Source: Ruminococcus albus 7 = DSM 20455
Lineage (GTDB): Bacteria > Bacillota > Clostridia > Oscillospirales > Ruminococcaceae
Direction: 5' to 3'
Length of the DNA: 32,000 bases
Assembly: GCF_000179635.2 (NCBI RefSeq)
Contig: NC_014825.1
Coordinates: 300,001 to 332,000 of the forward strand
Shown: positions 1 to 8,599 of the stretch, one piece after another
Numbering within the stretch: the stretch's first letter is position 1
Layout: each line of letters opens with the position of its first letter
Notes under the pieces: generated by a model
Database searches by the model: none
Told to the model about the DNA's origin: nothing
What the model saw: the letters and a program-made list of their open reading frames with translations, nothing else
Program-made: the position numbers and the translations under genes

Positions 1-40
1 ACATATGTTTTTACATTTATTTTAGACATATTTCTGAAAC

Positions 41-67
41 AGTTGTACAAAAACGTACAACTTTTTG
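41..67 (+). terminator. intrinsic terminator-like hairpin, probably closing a + strand unit that starts outside the window
   Basis: AGTTGTAC (41-48) and GTACAACT (55-62) form a perfect 8-bp inverted repeat with a 6-nt loop, followed by a T-run. Confidence 0.45.
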
Positions 68-210
68 ACCCTTTTAGGGTGATAGTGAAAGGGTATGCAA
101 ACGCATACGTTCACATCAACATGGAAATATGCGGTATGAAAAAAATGCAGATAAAAACTGTCACGCTTTTCATGCAGCACATATCAGGACTATCAACAGG
201 AGGTATCATT

Positions 211-1059
211 ATGAACCAGATCAACAACACAAGCAAGAGTTTTATGATGTACAAGGAGTGGGAGGAGACCTTTCTCGCACTGGAAAGCGATGCCGAAAGA
301 GGCGAACTACTGAGAGCGCTGTTTGTTTTTGCACGCACAGGAGATATCCCCGAATTCAAGGGCGGGCTGAAGATAGCTTTTCTGCAGATGAGCAATCAGC
401 TTCGCCGCGATGCGGAAAAGTACGAGAAAAAATGCGAGCGCAATCGTGCGAATGCCAACAAGCGCTGGGGCAACAACAATAATGCGGTCGCATCCGAAAG
501 CATACCAAAGGATGCCGTTTATGCCGATAAAGATAAAGAAGAAGAAAAAGATAAAGAAAAAGATAAAGATAAATATAAAGATGAGGATGAGGATAAAGAT
601 AAAGATAAAGACGAAGAGCGTCCTGCTGTGCAGGGACCCGTTAATGATCTGACTTCGTCAGATCCCCCCGCCCCCATCAGAAATAAATACGGTGAATTTG
701 GTAATATCTTATTATCCAATGAAGAACGTGAGCAGCTGATAAAGCGCTTCGGTATGCATCTTACAGACGTATGCATCGAACGCATGGATTCCTACATGGA
801 GCAGACCGGCAAGTGCTACAACAACTGCTATGCCAAGCTGAAAAACTGGATATCCGAGGAACATGAAAAAGTCAGGCATAAGCGCACCAACGGCTCTGAA
901 AAGGAGCACACTTACTTCACCGACAAGGAGCTGGAAGATTATGAACACTATGCACGCACACAGGCTTCAGATGACTTTGCCAAAGAGCTCGAAGCCCTTG
1001 TCCGCGCCCAGGAAGCTCGTGAAAAAAATAATAAAAGTCTTTTATCAAATATATTATAA
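211..1059 (+). CDS. DUF6291-like phage/plasmid-associated protein with a Lys/Asp/Glu-rich linker
   Basis: ORF 43..1059 is trimmed to ATG 211, which follows AGGAGG (198-203). The N-terminal block FMMYKEWEETF..GELLRALFVFARTG..KIAF..DAEKYEKKCERNRANANKRWG resembles the DUF6291 module seen in prophage and plasmid genes (from memory, not searched). Confidence 0.55.
   Translation: MNQINNTSKSFMMYKEWEETFLALESDAERGELLRALFVFARTGDIPEFKGGLKIAFLQMSNQLRRDAEKYEKKCERNRANANKRWGNNNNAVASESIPKDAVYADKDKEEEKDKEKDKDKYKDEDEDKDKDKDEERPAVQGPVNDLTSSDPPAPIRNKYGEFGNILLSNEEREQLIKRFGMHLTDVCIERMDSYMEQTGKCYNNCYAKLKNWISEEHEKVRHKRTNGSEKEHTYFTDKELEDYEHYARTQASDDFAKELEALVRAQEAREKNNKSLLSNIL
526..618 (+). repeat. GATAAA/GAAGAA-rich coding microsatellite-like tract (KD/E low-complexity linker)
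   Basis: Runs of gataaagataaag.. encode KDKEEEKDKEKDKDKYKDEDEDKDKDKDEE. Confidence 0.7.
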
Positions 1060-1183
1060 GCTATTGATAATATTATAACATTCACAAAATACTTCGTCAA
1101 GATTGATGATGTGGGCTATACAAAATTCGACAGAATGCACAATTGAAAAAGTTTATCCCCCCACCCATTAACCTCAAAATGAC

Positions 1184-1412
1184 CCTAGCGCGGGTACGCA
1201 ACACGTTACTAACATAGTGTGTACGGGCAGTTTGTTTCTCGGTGTCCGTTGTATGCTATGTTGAAACAGTAGTTTTCTCGCGCGGGTACGCAACACGTAA
1301 CCAACACAGTGTATATGGGCAGTTCGTTTCTCGGTGTCCGTTGTAAGCTATTTTGGAACAACAGTCCCCTAGTGCGGGCACGCAACACGTCACATACAGC
1401 GTTAGTATGGTA
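1184..1412 (+). repeat. tandem array (about 2.5 units, 92-nt period) of the intergenic repeat family, locus A
   Basis: The core GCGGG(T/C)ACGCAACACGT starts at 1190, 1282 and 1374, exactly 92 nt apart. The second core GGGCAGTT(T/C)GTTTCTCGGTGTCCGTTGTA occurs in units 1 and 2, and units 1 and 3 start with CCTAG. Confidence 0.9.
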
Positions 1413-1444
1413 ATACAATCCCCTGCAGCCGATGCCCAAAAAGC

Positions 1445-1490
1445 AACGCGCGCTGCCGATAATGACAACGCGCGTTTCTTTGTTATTTTA
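1445..1490. terminator. bidirectional intrinsic terminator between the DUF6291-like gene/repeat array and the amt-PII gene
   Basis: AACGCGCG (1445-1452) pairs with CGCGCGTT (1469-1476). A T-rich run (TTCTTTGTTATTTT) follows it and an A-run (CCAAAAAGC) precedes it. Confidence 0.55.
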
Positions 1491-1521
1491 CAGTACAGAG
1501 GTCTGTATGGTATAAAGCGGT

Positions 1522-3327
1522 TTAATCTTCATCAAAGTTCTGCAGTGCATCGTAGCCCTGTTCGCCTGTACGCACCTTGATGACGTTCTCTATTGGATAG
1601 ATGAACAGCTTGCCGTCGCCGTAGTTGCCTGTATACAGGGCGCTTCTTGCTGCATCAATCACCTTGCTAACAGGTACTGCGCATACAACTATCTCAGCCT
1701 TTACCTTAGGCAGCAGGTTCATCTCGATAGAAGTACCTCTGTAGTAATGGCGCTGACCGTTCTGCATACCGCAGCCGATAACGTGGGTAACGGTAATACC
1801 TGTTACGTCGATAGCTTCCATAGCCTGTATAAGTGCCTGGAGCTTCTGCTCCTTGAATACGATGACAACCTTGGTCATCCTGGGGTGACCGTCAGAGGTG
1901 GGTGCTACATAGCTTTCTACCTCTACTGCCTTTTCTACGGGCACCTTCAGTGCAGGCACCTGACCTTCCACCTTCTTCACGCTCTTAGCGTCGTCCTTGG
2001 TGTAGCCGTATACGGATGCATCGTTCATGGAAGGAGCGAAGTCTGCATAGGAGGATACCAGACCATGCTCGGTGATATCCATACCGATGATCTCTTCCTG
2101 CTCGGAGGCTCTGAGACCCAGTGTTTTCTTGATGATGAGGAATGTGATAGATATAGCCACTGCTGCCCATGCTGCGACTGCTGCAAAGCCTATGAGCTGA
2201 AGTCCCAGCTGCTCGAAGCCGCCGCCGTAGAACAGACCCTCAGCCTTGATGCCGCCGCATTCAAGCTGGATAGCGTATCCGGGAGAAGTCTTTGTAGCGA
2301 ACAGACCTACAGCGATCGTGCCCCAGATACCGTTCATCATGTGAACTGCCACCGCACCAACGGGGTCATCAATGTGGAGCTTATAATCAAGGAACCATAC
2401 GCCGAAGCATACCAGGAAGCCTGATACGATGCCGACGAGGACAGCGCCTAAGCAGTCCATTACATCACAGCCTGCGGTGATGCCTACAAGACCTGCCAGT
2501 GAACCGTTGAGGCACATGGAAACATCGGGCTTGCCGTATTTCAGCCATGTGAATACCATACAGGTAACTGTTGCGATAGCGGGTGCTACTGTTGTGGTGA
2601 GGAATATGGAATCGAGCTGTCCGACTGTGGAAGCTGCTGCAGGGTTGAAGCCGTACCAGCCGAACCAGAGGATGAACACGCCCAGTGCGCCGATAGTAAG
2701 GTTATGACCGGGGATAGCGTTTACCTTGATATCTCCGTCCTTGGTCTTTACGAACTTGCCGATACGGGGACCGACGAACTTAGCGCCGATGAGGGCACAG
2801 ACACCGCCAACCATGTGAATTGCACATGAACCCGAAAGATCGTGGAATCCCATCTGAGCCAGCCAGCCACCGCCCCATATCCAGTGAGCTTCAACGGGGT
2901 ATATGAATGCGCTGATGATACCTGAGTATACACAGTACGAAAGGAACTTTGTACGCTCAGCCATAGCGCCTGAAACGATAGTCGCGGTAGTTGCGCAGAA
3001 CACAAGGTTGAAAACGAACTGATCCCACGCGAAATTTTCGTAGCTTGTGAAGATATCGAATCCGGGCTTGCCTATAAGACCTGCAGCGTCCTCACCGAGG
3101 AGAAGCCCGAAGCCTATGGCGATGAATGCCACTGTACCGATGCAGAAGTCCATAAGGTTCTTCATAATGATATTGCCCGCGTTCTTTGCCCTGGTGAAGC
3201 CTGTTTCCACCATAGCGAAGCCTGCCTGCATAAAGAATACCAGCGCAACAGCTATCATGAACCATACGCCGAATACAGTCTTATCGGAAGCCTGTGTGAC
3301 TTCCTGTACAATTTCCTGTACGTCCAT
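1522..3327 (-). CDS. amtB: ammonium transporter (Amt/MEP) fused in one ORF to a C-terminal P-II (GlnB/GlnK-like) signal-transduction domain
   Basis: The 601-aa ORF starts with FMQAGFAMVETGF and carries twin-His Amt motifs (SCAIHMVGG, VAVHMMNGIWG) in a multi-TM body. The last 118 aa (nt 1525-1878) read MTKVVIVFKEQKLQALIQAMEAIDVTGITVT..YRG..GDGKLFIYPIENVIKVRTGE, a typical P-II fold sequence. GGGAGG lies upstream of ATG 3327. Confidence 0.92.
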   Translation of the reverse strand: MDVQEIVQEVTQASDKTVFGVWFMIAVALVFFMQAGFAMVETGFTRAKNAGNIIMKNLMDFCIGTVAFIAIGFGLLLGEDAAGLIGKPGFDIFTSYENFAWDQFVFNLVFCATTATIVSGAMAERTKFLSYCVYSGIISAFIYPVEAHWIWGGGWLAQMGFHDLSGSCAIHMVGGVCALIGAKFVGPRIGKFVKTKDGDIKVNAIPGHNLTIGALGVFILWFGWYGFNPAAASTVGQLDSIFLTTTVAPAIATVTCMVFTWLKYGKPDVSMCLNGSLAGLVGITAGCDVMDCLGAVLVGIVSGFLVCFGVWFLDYKLHIDDPVGAVAVHMMNGIWGTIAVGLFATKTSPGYAIQLECGGIKAEGLFYGGGFEQLGLQLIGFAAVAAWAAVAISITFLIIKKTLGLRASEQEEIIGMDITEHGLVSSYADFAPSMNDASVYGYTKDDAKSVKKVEGQVPALKVPVEKAVEVESYVAPTSDGHPRMTKVVIVFKEQKLQALIQAMEAIDVTGITVTHVIGCGMQNGQRHYYRGTSIEMNLLPKVKAEIVVCAVPVSKVIDAARSALYTGNYGDGKLFIYPIENVIKVRTGEQGYDALQNFDED

Positions 3328-3342
3328 TAGTATTACCTCCCA

Positions 3343-3382
3343 AATGAAAAGGTGCGCAAGTCAGATAAAGACTCACGCACCT
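3343..3382 (-). promoter_or_regulatory. leader terminator-like hairpin 2, immediately upstream of the amt-PII RBS
   Basis: On the minus strand, AGGTGCG..AGTC-loop-GACT..CGCACCT (3350-3382) is followed by TTTTCATT and then GGGAGG-ATG. Confidence 0.5.
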
Positions 3383-3439
3383 CATTGTGCAAAATATTCT
3401 TTTCAAGCGCTTGTGTCAGCAACCCCATTGACGGTCTGC

Positions 3440-3477
3440 AAATACAAAAGGCTGCAAAGCTTTTACACCTTGCAGCC
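3440..3477 (-). promoter_or_regulatory. leader terminator-like hairpin 1 of the amt-PII leader
   Basis: GGCTGCAA (3450-3457) pairs with TTGCAGCC (3470-3477) as an 8-bp stem with a 12-nt loop. TTTTGTATTT follows on the minus strand. Confidence 0.5.
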
Positions 3478-3498
3478 CCGTTGCTGTTCATGTGTCAT

Positions 3499-3527
3499 AT
3501 CATACACCAAGTTCTGCCATTTGTCAA
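3499..3527 (-). promoter_or_regulatory. sigma-A-type promoter for amt-PII
   Basis: Minus strand reads TTGACA (3527-3522), a 17-nt spacer, then TATGAT (3504-3499). This predicts a leader of about 165 nt. Confidence 0.45.
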
Positions 3528-3618
3528 CCCCAATTTTACGACTTTGGCATATTTTGCCTATTGAAGTTTTCCTATGCGAATAATTTATGTTGAACTGCAA
3601 CAAGATTTTCACCAGACG

Positions 3619-3647
3619 TTGACTTTTGCCCCTGAAAGTGGTATCAT
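3619..3647 (+). promoter_or_regulatory. sigma-A-type promoter for purF
   Basis: TTGACT (3619-3624), a 17-nt spacer ending in TGG, then TATCAT (3642-3647). Confidence 0.4.
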
Positions 3648-3735
3648 TGTACTGTAATATGATATACAGGACGATGACGTTCACGACAGGCTATGGTCTG
3701 CTGTGGGCGTTTTATTTTTTTACGGAGGGATCATC

Positions 3736-5178
3736 ATGGGCGGTCTGCATGAGGAATGCGGCATAATAGGTATATTCGGGAAAGAACATCAGCCGTTGGC
3801 GGAAACGGTGTACTACGGGCTGTATGCCCTTCAGCACCGCGGTCAGGAGGGCTGCGGCATAGCTGTATGCGATGACGGTGTGATAACAGCCCACAAGGAC
3901 ACAGGTCTTGTGGGAGAGGTATTCGATCACAGGAGCCTTGCTGAACTCCCCTGCGGCACTATGGCGATAGGTCATGTAAGGTACTCCACCACAGGGGGCA
4001 ACGAGCGCAGGAACTGTCAGCCGATAGTAGTCAATCATCAGAAGGGGCGCATGGCGATAGCACACAACGGCAATCTTTCAAATGCGGCAGAACTGAGATC
4101 TGCACTGGAGCTTACAGGTGCCATATTCCACACCACATCGGACACTGAGACCATAGCTTACGAGATAACCAAGATGCGGCTTAAAAAGCCTTCCATAGAG
4201 GATGCTGTGCTGGGGACTATGGATATAATAGACGGTGCATACTCACTGGTGGTAATGTCACCTACCAAGCTGATAGCAGTGCGCGATCCCTACGGATACC
4301 GTCCCCTTTGCTACGGTACCATGCCTGACGGCGGTTATGCGGTGGCCTCCGAAAGCTGTGCGCTGACTGCCATCGGTGCTGAGTTTGTCAGGGATATAGA
4401 GCCGGGAGAGATGCTGATATTCTCAAATGACGGTATGCGTTCGGACAGATCGCACTGCGGCATCAAGCCAAAGCAGACCTGCATATTGGAGTACATATAC
4501 TTCGCAAGACCCGATTCGGAGATAGACGGTGTGAGCGTGCACAACGCAAGACTAAGGGCAGGGCGGATACTGGCTGAGGAAAGTCCTGCGGATGCGGATA
4601 TAGTTATAGGCGTGCCTGATTCGGGGCTTGATGCGGCACTGGGATTCTCACAGGCATCGGGCATACCCTACGGCATAGGGCTGATAAAGAACAAGTACAT
4701 AGGGCGAACCTTCATAGCGCCTACGCAGTCAACAAGGACGGACAAGGTGCGCATAAAGCTGGCAGCAGTCAGCGATACGGTCAAGGGCAAGCGTGTGGTA
4801 CTGGTGGATGACTCAATAGTTCGCGGCACCACGGGCGGACGAATAGTAGTGCTGCTGCGTGAGGCAGGGGCTAAGGAGATACATTTCCGTGTAAGTGCGC
4901 CTCCCTTCCTGCACCCTTGTTATTACGGCACTGATATAGACTCGGAGAAGGGTCTGATAGCAGATCATCACACACCCGAGGAGATAGCAGCCATGATGGG
5001 TGCAGACAGTCTGGGATATCTGCCTGTGGAAAGAGTAGACGAACTCAACTGCGGCGCAGGCTGCTGCAAGGCTTGCTTCAACGGAGAATACGGCACAGCC
5101 ATCCCCAAAGGCGCACACAAGGACAGGTATGAGATGAAGATATCCCTGACACGGGATGCCAATTCGCAGCTTACATAG
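3736..5178 (+). CDS. purF: amidophosphoribosyltransferase (glutamine PRPP amidotransferase)
   Basis: ORF 3703..5178 is trimmed to ATG 3736, which follows GGAGGG (3724-3729). The N-terminus MGGLHEECGIIGIFG carries the Ntn Cys. The PRTase motif VVLVDDSIVRGTT and the C-terminal Cys cluster (CYYGTD..CGAGCCKAC) are also present. Confidence 0.95.
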   Translation: MGGLHEECGIIGIFGKEHQPLAETVYYGLYALQHRGQEGCGIAVCDDGVITAHKDTGLVGEVFDHRSLAELPCGTMAIGHVRYSTTGGNERRNCQPIVVNHQKGRMAIAHNGNLSNAAELRSALELTGAIFHTTSDTETIAYEITKMRLKKPSIEDAVLGTMDIIDGAYSLVVMSPTKLIAVRDPYGYRPLCYGTMPDGGYAVASESCALTAIGAEFVRDIEPGEMLIFSNDGMRSDRSHCGIKPKQTCILEYIYFARPDSEIDGVSVHNARLRAGRILAEESPADADIVIGVPDSGLDAALGFSQASGIPYGIGLIKNKYIGRTFIAPTQSTRTDKVRIKLAAVSDTVKGKRVVLVDDSIVRGTTGGRIVVLLREAGAKEIHFRVSAPPFLHPCYYGTDIDSEKGLIADHHTPEEIAAMMGADSLGYLPVERVDELNCGAGCCKACFNGEYGTAIPKGAHKDRYEMKISLTRDANSQLT

Positions 5179-5276
5179 TGATGATGATATGTTTGCTTCT
5201 CGACAGCCTTTGTCAGCTATGACAAAAGATGCCGGCACTGGCGAAGTGACCTGTCAGCCAAAACAAAAGATACAGC

Positions 5277-5319
5277 AAAAACGCAGCTGCACCGGAATGT
5301 GCGGCTGCGTTTTATTTTC
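5277..5319. terminator. bidirectional intrinsic terminator shared by purF and the dnaJ end of the heat-shock operon
   Basis: ACGCAGC..GCTGCGT stem (5281-5310), flanked by AAAA upstream and TTTTATTTT downstream. Confidence 0.6.
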
Positions 5320-5380
5320 ATTATACATACAAGACCGGCTTATCTGACGATCGGTAGGTTCATTAATGTATGTCCTAATA

Positions 5381-5443
5381 CCCTCAAAGGCTGCCGAGAA
5401 ACAAACTGCCCGTCACATCAATAAACGTAACGTGCCGGACCTA
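5381..5443 (-). repeat. single partial unit of the ~92-nt repeat family, locus C, abutting the dnaJ stop codon
   Basis: Minus strand reads TAG-GTCCGGCACGTTACGTTTATTGATGTGACGGGCAGTTTGTTTCTCGGCAGCCTTTGAGGG. This matches the B-locus unit cores (..CGACACGTCAC..GACGGGCAGTTTGTTTCTCGGT.CC.TTT.A.G). Confidence 0.8.
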
Positions 5444-6592
5444 CTTGAAGATGTCCTTCAGCTTGTCCAGCTTCTCCTTGAAGATGTTCTTCTTGGCATA
5501 GTTCTTCTCATTGAGGGAACGCTCGAACTCGCGGAGTTTTTCCTTCTGCTCACGGGTAAGATTGCGTGGAACCTCAACATTGATACGCACATAATGATCG
5601 CCGTGATCGTTGCGGTTAAGCTTTTTGATACCCTTACCCTTCAGCCTGAATACAGTGTTGTTCTGTGTACCCTCGGGGACTGTGTACTTCACCTTGCCGC
5701 ATACCGTCGGTACGGTTATCTCATCGCCCAGTGTTGCCTGTGCGTAGGTTATGGGTATGTCTGTCCATACATCAAAGCCGTCACGCTCGAATATAGGATC
5801 GGGACGTACTGTGATATTGATATGCAGATCGCCGCTGGGTCCGCCGTTGGTACCGCGGTGTCCCTCACCTGCAACTCTCAGTGTCTGACCGTCGTCGATA
5901 CCTGCAGGTATGTCGATATCCCTCTCGACACTCTTCTTTACCATACCCTGACCGCCGCAGGTCTTGCAGGGGTTATCAACTACCCTGCCCTTGCCGCCGC
6001 ATCGCGAACAGGTGGTAGTCTGAGATATATTACCGAAAGGTGTTCTCTGGCTTATCCTTACACTACCGGTACCATGACAGTCGGGACAGGTCTTGGGTGA
6101 AGAACCTGCTGCCGCACCTGTGCCGTTACAGTCGGGACAGGTCTCGTTCCTTGCATACTTCATCTTCACTTTCTTGCCTGTGCAGGCTTCCATGAAGTCG
6201 ATAGTAAGGTTTGCACGGATATCAGCACCGCGTCTTGGTGCGTTGGGGTTGGCTGAACGTCCGCCGCCGCCGAAACCGAATCCTCCGAATATGGAATCGA
6301 AGATATCGCCCATATCGCTGAATCCGCCGAAGCCGCCTGCACCTGCACCGCCGCCGTAATTGGGGTCAACGCCTGCATGGCCGAACTGATCGTATCTCGA
6401 CCTCTTGTCAGGGTCGGAGAGGACTTCATAAGCCTCATTTATCTCCTTGAATTTCTCCTCTGCTTCCTTATCTCCCGGGTGAAGATCGGGGTGATACTGC
6501 TTGGCAAGCTTACGGAATGCTTTTTTCAGCTCGTCCTCCGAAGCACCTTTCTGCACACCGAGGACTTCATAGTAATCTCTTTTATCTGCCAT
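5441..6592 (-). CDS. dnaJ: molecular chaperone DnaJ
   Basis: ORF is trimmed to ATG 6592 ([13 protein letters not shown]), which follows AGGAG. It has a J-domain HPD motif, a G/F-rich region and four CxxCxGxG zinc-finger repeats. Confidence 0.96.
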   Translation of the reverse strand: MADKRDYYEVLGVQKGASEDELKKAFRKLAKQYHPDLHPGDKEAEEKFKEINEAYEVLSDPDKRSRYDQFGHAGVDPNYGGGAGAGGFGGFSDMGDIFDSIFGGFGFGGGGRSANPNAPRRGADIRANLTIDFMEACTGKKVKMKYARNETCPDCNGTGAAAGSSPKTCPDCHGTGSVRISQRTPFGNISQTTTCSRCGGKGRVVDNPCKTCGGQGMVKKSVERDIDIPAGIDDGQTLRVAGEGHRGTNGGPSGDLHINITVRPDPIFERDGFDVWTDIPITYAQATLGDEITVPTVCGKVKYTVPEGTQNNTVFRLKGKGIKKLNRNDHGDHYVRINVEVPRNLTREQKEKLREFERSLNEKNYAKKNIFKEKLDKLKDIFK

Positions 6593-6662
6593 ATATATCG
6601 CTCCTATATCGGTATAGCCCCCGTCCCGCATACGGAACGGAGGCTGCCGTTATCATATCGAA

Positions 6663-8528
6663 TTAGTCTGCGTCAGTGAACTCAGCGTCGATAACGTCAT
6701 CGCCGCCCTTGTCGCTGTTGTCAGCCGCACCTGCAGCTGCGCCGCCCATGTTCATATTGTTGGGGTCGAAGCCCTGTGCGCCGCCCTGTGCGCCTGCCTG
6801 CTGGTATACCTTGGTAGCTATACCCTCGAAGGTCTTCTGCAGTTCCTCGGTCTTAGCCTTGATATCAGCAGAATCTGTACCCTTCAGAGCTTCCTTCAGA
6901 GCAGCGATCTTAGCCTCGCAGTCGCTCTTGTCAGCAGCATCTACCTTATCACCGAAGTCGTTCAGAGCCTTTTCAGCCTGGAATGCGAGCTGGTCGCCGT
7001 TGTTTCTGATGTCAACTTCTTCCTTCTTCTTAGCGTCCTCAGCTGCGAAAGCTTCTGCTTCCTTAACAGCCTTGTCGATGTCTTCCTTGGACATATTTGT
7101 GGAAGAAGTGATCGTGATGTTCTGCTCCTTGCCTGTGCCAAGATCCTTAGCGGATACGTGAACGATACCGTTAGCATCGATATCGAATGTTACTTCGATC
7201 TGAGGTATACCTCTGGGAGCAGGAGCGATGCCGTCAAGACGGAACATACCCAGCTGCTTGTTATCTCTTGCGAACTCTCTCTCACCCTGGAGAACGTTGA
7301 TATCAACAGCGCTCTGGTTATCAGCAGCGGTGGAGAAGATCTGGCTCTTCTTGGTAGGTATAGTTGTATTTCTCTCGATGATCTTGGTGCAAACGCCGCC
7401 CATGGTCTCAAGACCGAGGGACAGAGGAGTTACGTCCAGCAGCAGCAGACCGTCCTTAACGTCGCCGCCGAGAACGCCGCCCTGATATGCAGCACCGAGA
7501 GCTACGCACTCATCGGGGTTGATGCCCTTGAAAGGCTCCTTGCCGATGAATCTCTTAACAGCTTCCTGAACTGCGGGGATTCTTGAAGAACCGCCGACCA
7601 TCAGTACCTTCTGAAGATCGCCTGCGGAGAGACCGGAGTCGGAGAGTGCCTGTCTTACAGGACCCATTGTGGACTCGACCAGATCAGCAGTCATCTCGTT
7701 GAACTTAGCCTGAGTAAGTGTCATTTCCAGGTGCTTGGGACCTGTGGAATCAGCAGTGATGAAAGGCAGAGAAATTGTGGAAGAAGGAGTAGAAGACAGC
7801 TCGATCTTAGCCTTCTCAGCAGCTTCCTTCAGTCTCTGCATAGCCAGCTTGTCAGCTGTGAGGTCAACGCCCTCAGCAGTCTTGAACTCAGCTACCATCC
7901 AGTCGATGATCCTCTGGTCGAAGTCATCGCCGCCCAGCTTGTTGTTACCTGCTGTTGCAAGAACTTCTGTAACGCCGTCGCCCATTTCGATGATAGATAC
8001 ATCGAAGGTACCGCCGCCCAGGTCGTATACCATTACCTTCTGATCCTCTTCCTTATCGATACCGTAAGAAAGTGCAGCAGCGGTAGGCTCGTTGATGATT
8101 CTCTTAACAGTCAGACCTGCGATCTGACCTGCATCCTTTGTTGCCTGTCTCTGAGCATCGGTGAAGTAAGCGGGGACTGTGATAACAGCCTCAGTTACCT
8201 TTTCACCCAGATAAGCCTCAGCGTCAGCCTTCAGCTTCTGGAGTATCATAGCGGAGATCTCCTGAGGAGTATACTCCTTGCCGCCCATGCTTGCCTTATA
8301 GTCAGAACCCATGTGTCTCTTGATAGAGATAACGGTGTTCTCATAGTTTGTTACTGCCTGTCTCTTAGCTACCTGACCTACAAGTCTGTCGCCTGTCTTG
8401 GAAAGACCTACAACGGAAGGAGTAGTTCTTGCACCCTCACTGTTGGGGATTACTACTGCTTCGCCGCCTTCCATAACTGCTACACATGAGTTTGTTGTAC
8501 CAAGGTCTATACCAATAATCTTTGCCAT
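6663..8528 (-). CDS. dnaK: molecular chaperone DnaK (Hsp70)
   Basis: [18 protein letters not shown].., [10 protein letters not shown] and full-length Hsp70 architecture. Confidence 0.98.
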   Translation of the reverse strand: MAKIIGIDLGTTNSCVAVMEGGEAVVIPNSEGARTTPSVVGLSKTGDRLVGQVAKRQAVTNYENTVISIKRHMGSDYKASMGGKEYTPQEISAMILQKLKADAEAYLGEKVTEAVITVPAYFTDAQRQATKDAGQIAGLTVKRIINEPTAAALSYGIDKEEDQKVMVYDLGGGTFDVSIIEMGDGVTEVLATAGNNKLGGDDFDQRIIDWMVAEFKTAEGVDLTADKLAMQRLKEAAEKAKIELSSTPSSTISLPFITADSTGPKHLEMTLTQAKFNEMTADLVESTMGPVRQALSDSGLSAGDLQKVLMVGGSSRIPAVQEAVKRFIGKEPFKGINPDECVALGAAYQGGVLGGDVKDGLLLLDVTPLSLGLETMGGVCTKIIERNTTIPTKKSQIFSTAADNQSAVDINVLQGEREFARDNKQLGMFRLDGIAPAPRGIPQIEVTFDIDANGIVHVSAKDLGTGKEQNITITSSTNMSKEDIDKAVKEAEAFAAEDAKKKEEVDIRNNGDQLAFQAEKALNDFGDKVDAADKSDCEAKIAALKEALKGTDSADIKAKTEELQKTFEGIATKVYQQAGAQGGAQGFDPNNMNMGGAAAGAADNSDKGGDDVIDAEFTDAD

Positions 8529-8599
8529 AAAATATCATCCTTTCAGTTCATATGAAGTTCAAGTGATCTTAACTTGTTATTGACGTTTATAATATCCTG

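Noticed and set aside
43-210. N-terminal extensions in the ORF track: 43 versus 211, 3703 versus 3736, 6631 versus 6592, 11114 versus 11099, 13308 versus 13425, 20139 versus 20094, 25734 versus 25812 and 27945 versus 27882.
   Set aside because: The downstream ATGs are preceded by Shine-Dalgarno sequences at proper spacing, and most coincide with the conserved family N-termini (PurF Cys, Dna[15 protein letters not shown].., MurT MSLK..). The extensions overlap promoters or leaders. The 27882 call is the weakest.
1876-1900. Independent translation of the P-II domain from the internal Met (MTKVV).
   Set aside because: No Shine-Dalgarno-like sequence lies upstream of the internal ATG (..GGTCACCCCAGGATG), and the frame is continuous with the Amt body, so a true fusion is favoured.
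3331-3489. A 56-codon ORF on the minus strand (MNSNGAARCKSF..) spanning both amt leader hairpins, considered as a possible leader peptide.
   Set aside because: It has no RBS and would have to start within a few nucleotides of the predicted transcription start. Its composition looks random, and its stop overlaps the amt RBS by chance.
3648-3735. Purine or ZTP riboswitch, or an attenuator, in the purF leader, which has the T-run TTTTATTTTTTT just before the RBS.
   Set aside because: I could not find the purine-riboswitch or pfl/ZTP consensus blocks. No convincing stable stem precedes the T-run, so only the AT-rich tract is certain.
5366-6100. Long antisense ORFs lie opposite well-conserved genes: 5366..6100 (dnaJ), 6676..7161, 7158..7586 and 7731..8489 (dnaK), 1747..2424 (amt) and 11979..12512 (pyk). 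Others are 17427..18215 (nfi), 20494..21129 (C11 gene), 24880..25491 (trpB2), 26527..27153 (GNAT), 28183..28791 (decarboxylase) and 31052..31804 (kinase-like/prfA).
   Set aside because: Each lies fully opposite a gene with clear family motifs. They have low-complexity or Cys/Ser/Leu-rich composition, no RBS and no recognisable motif. Such shadow ORFs are typical.
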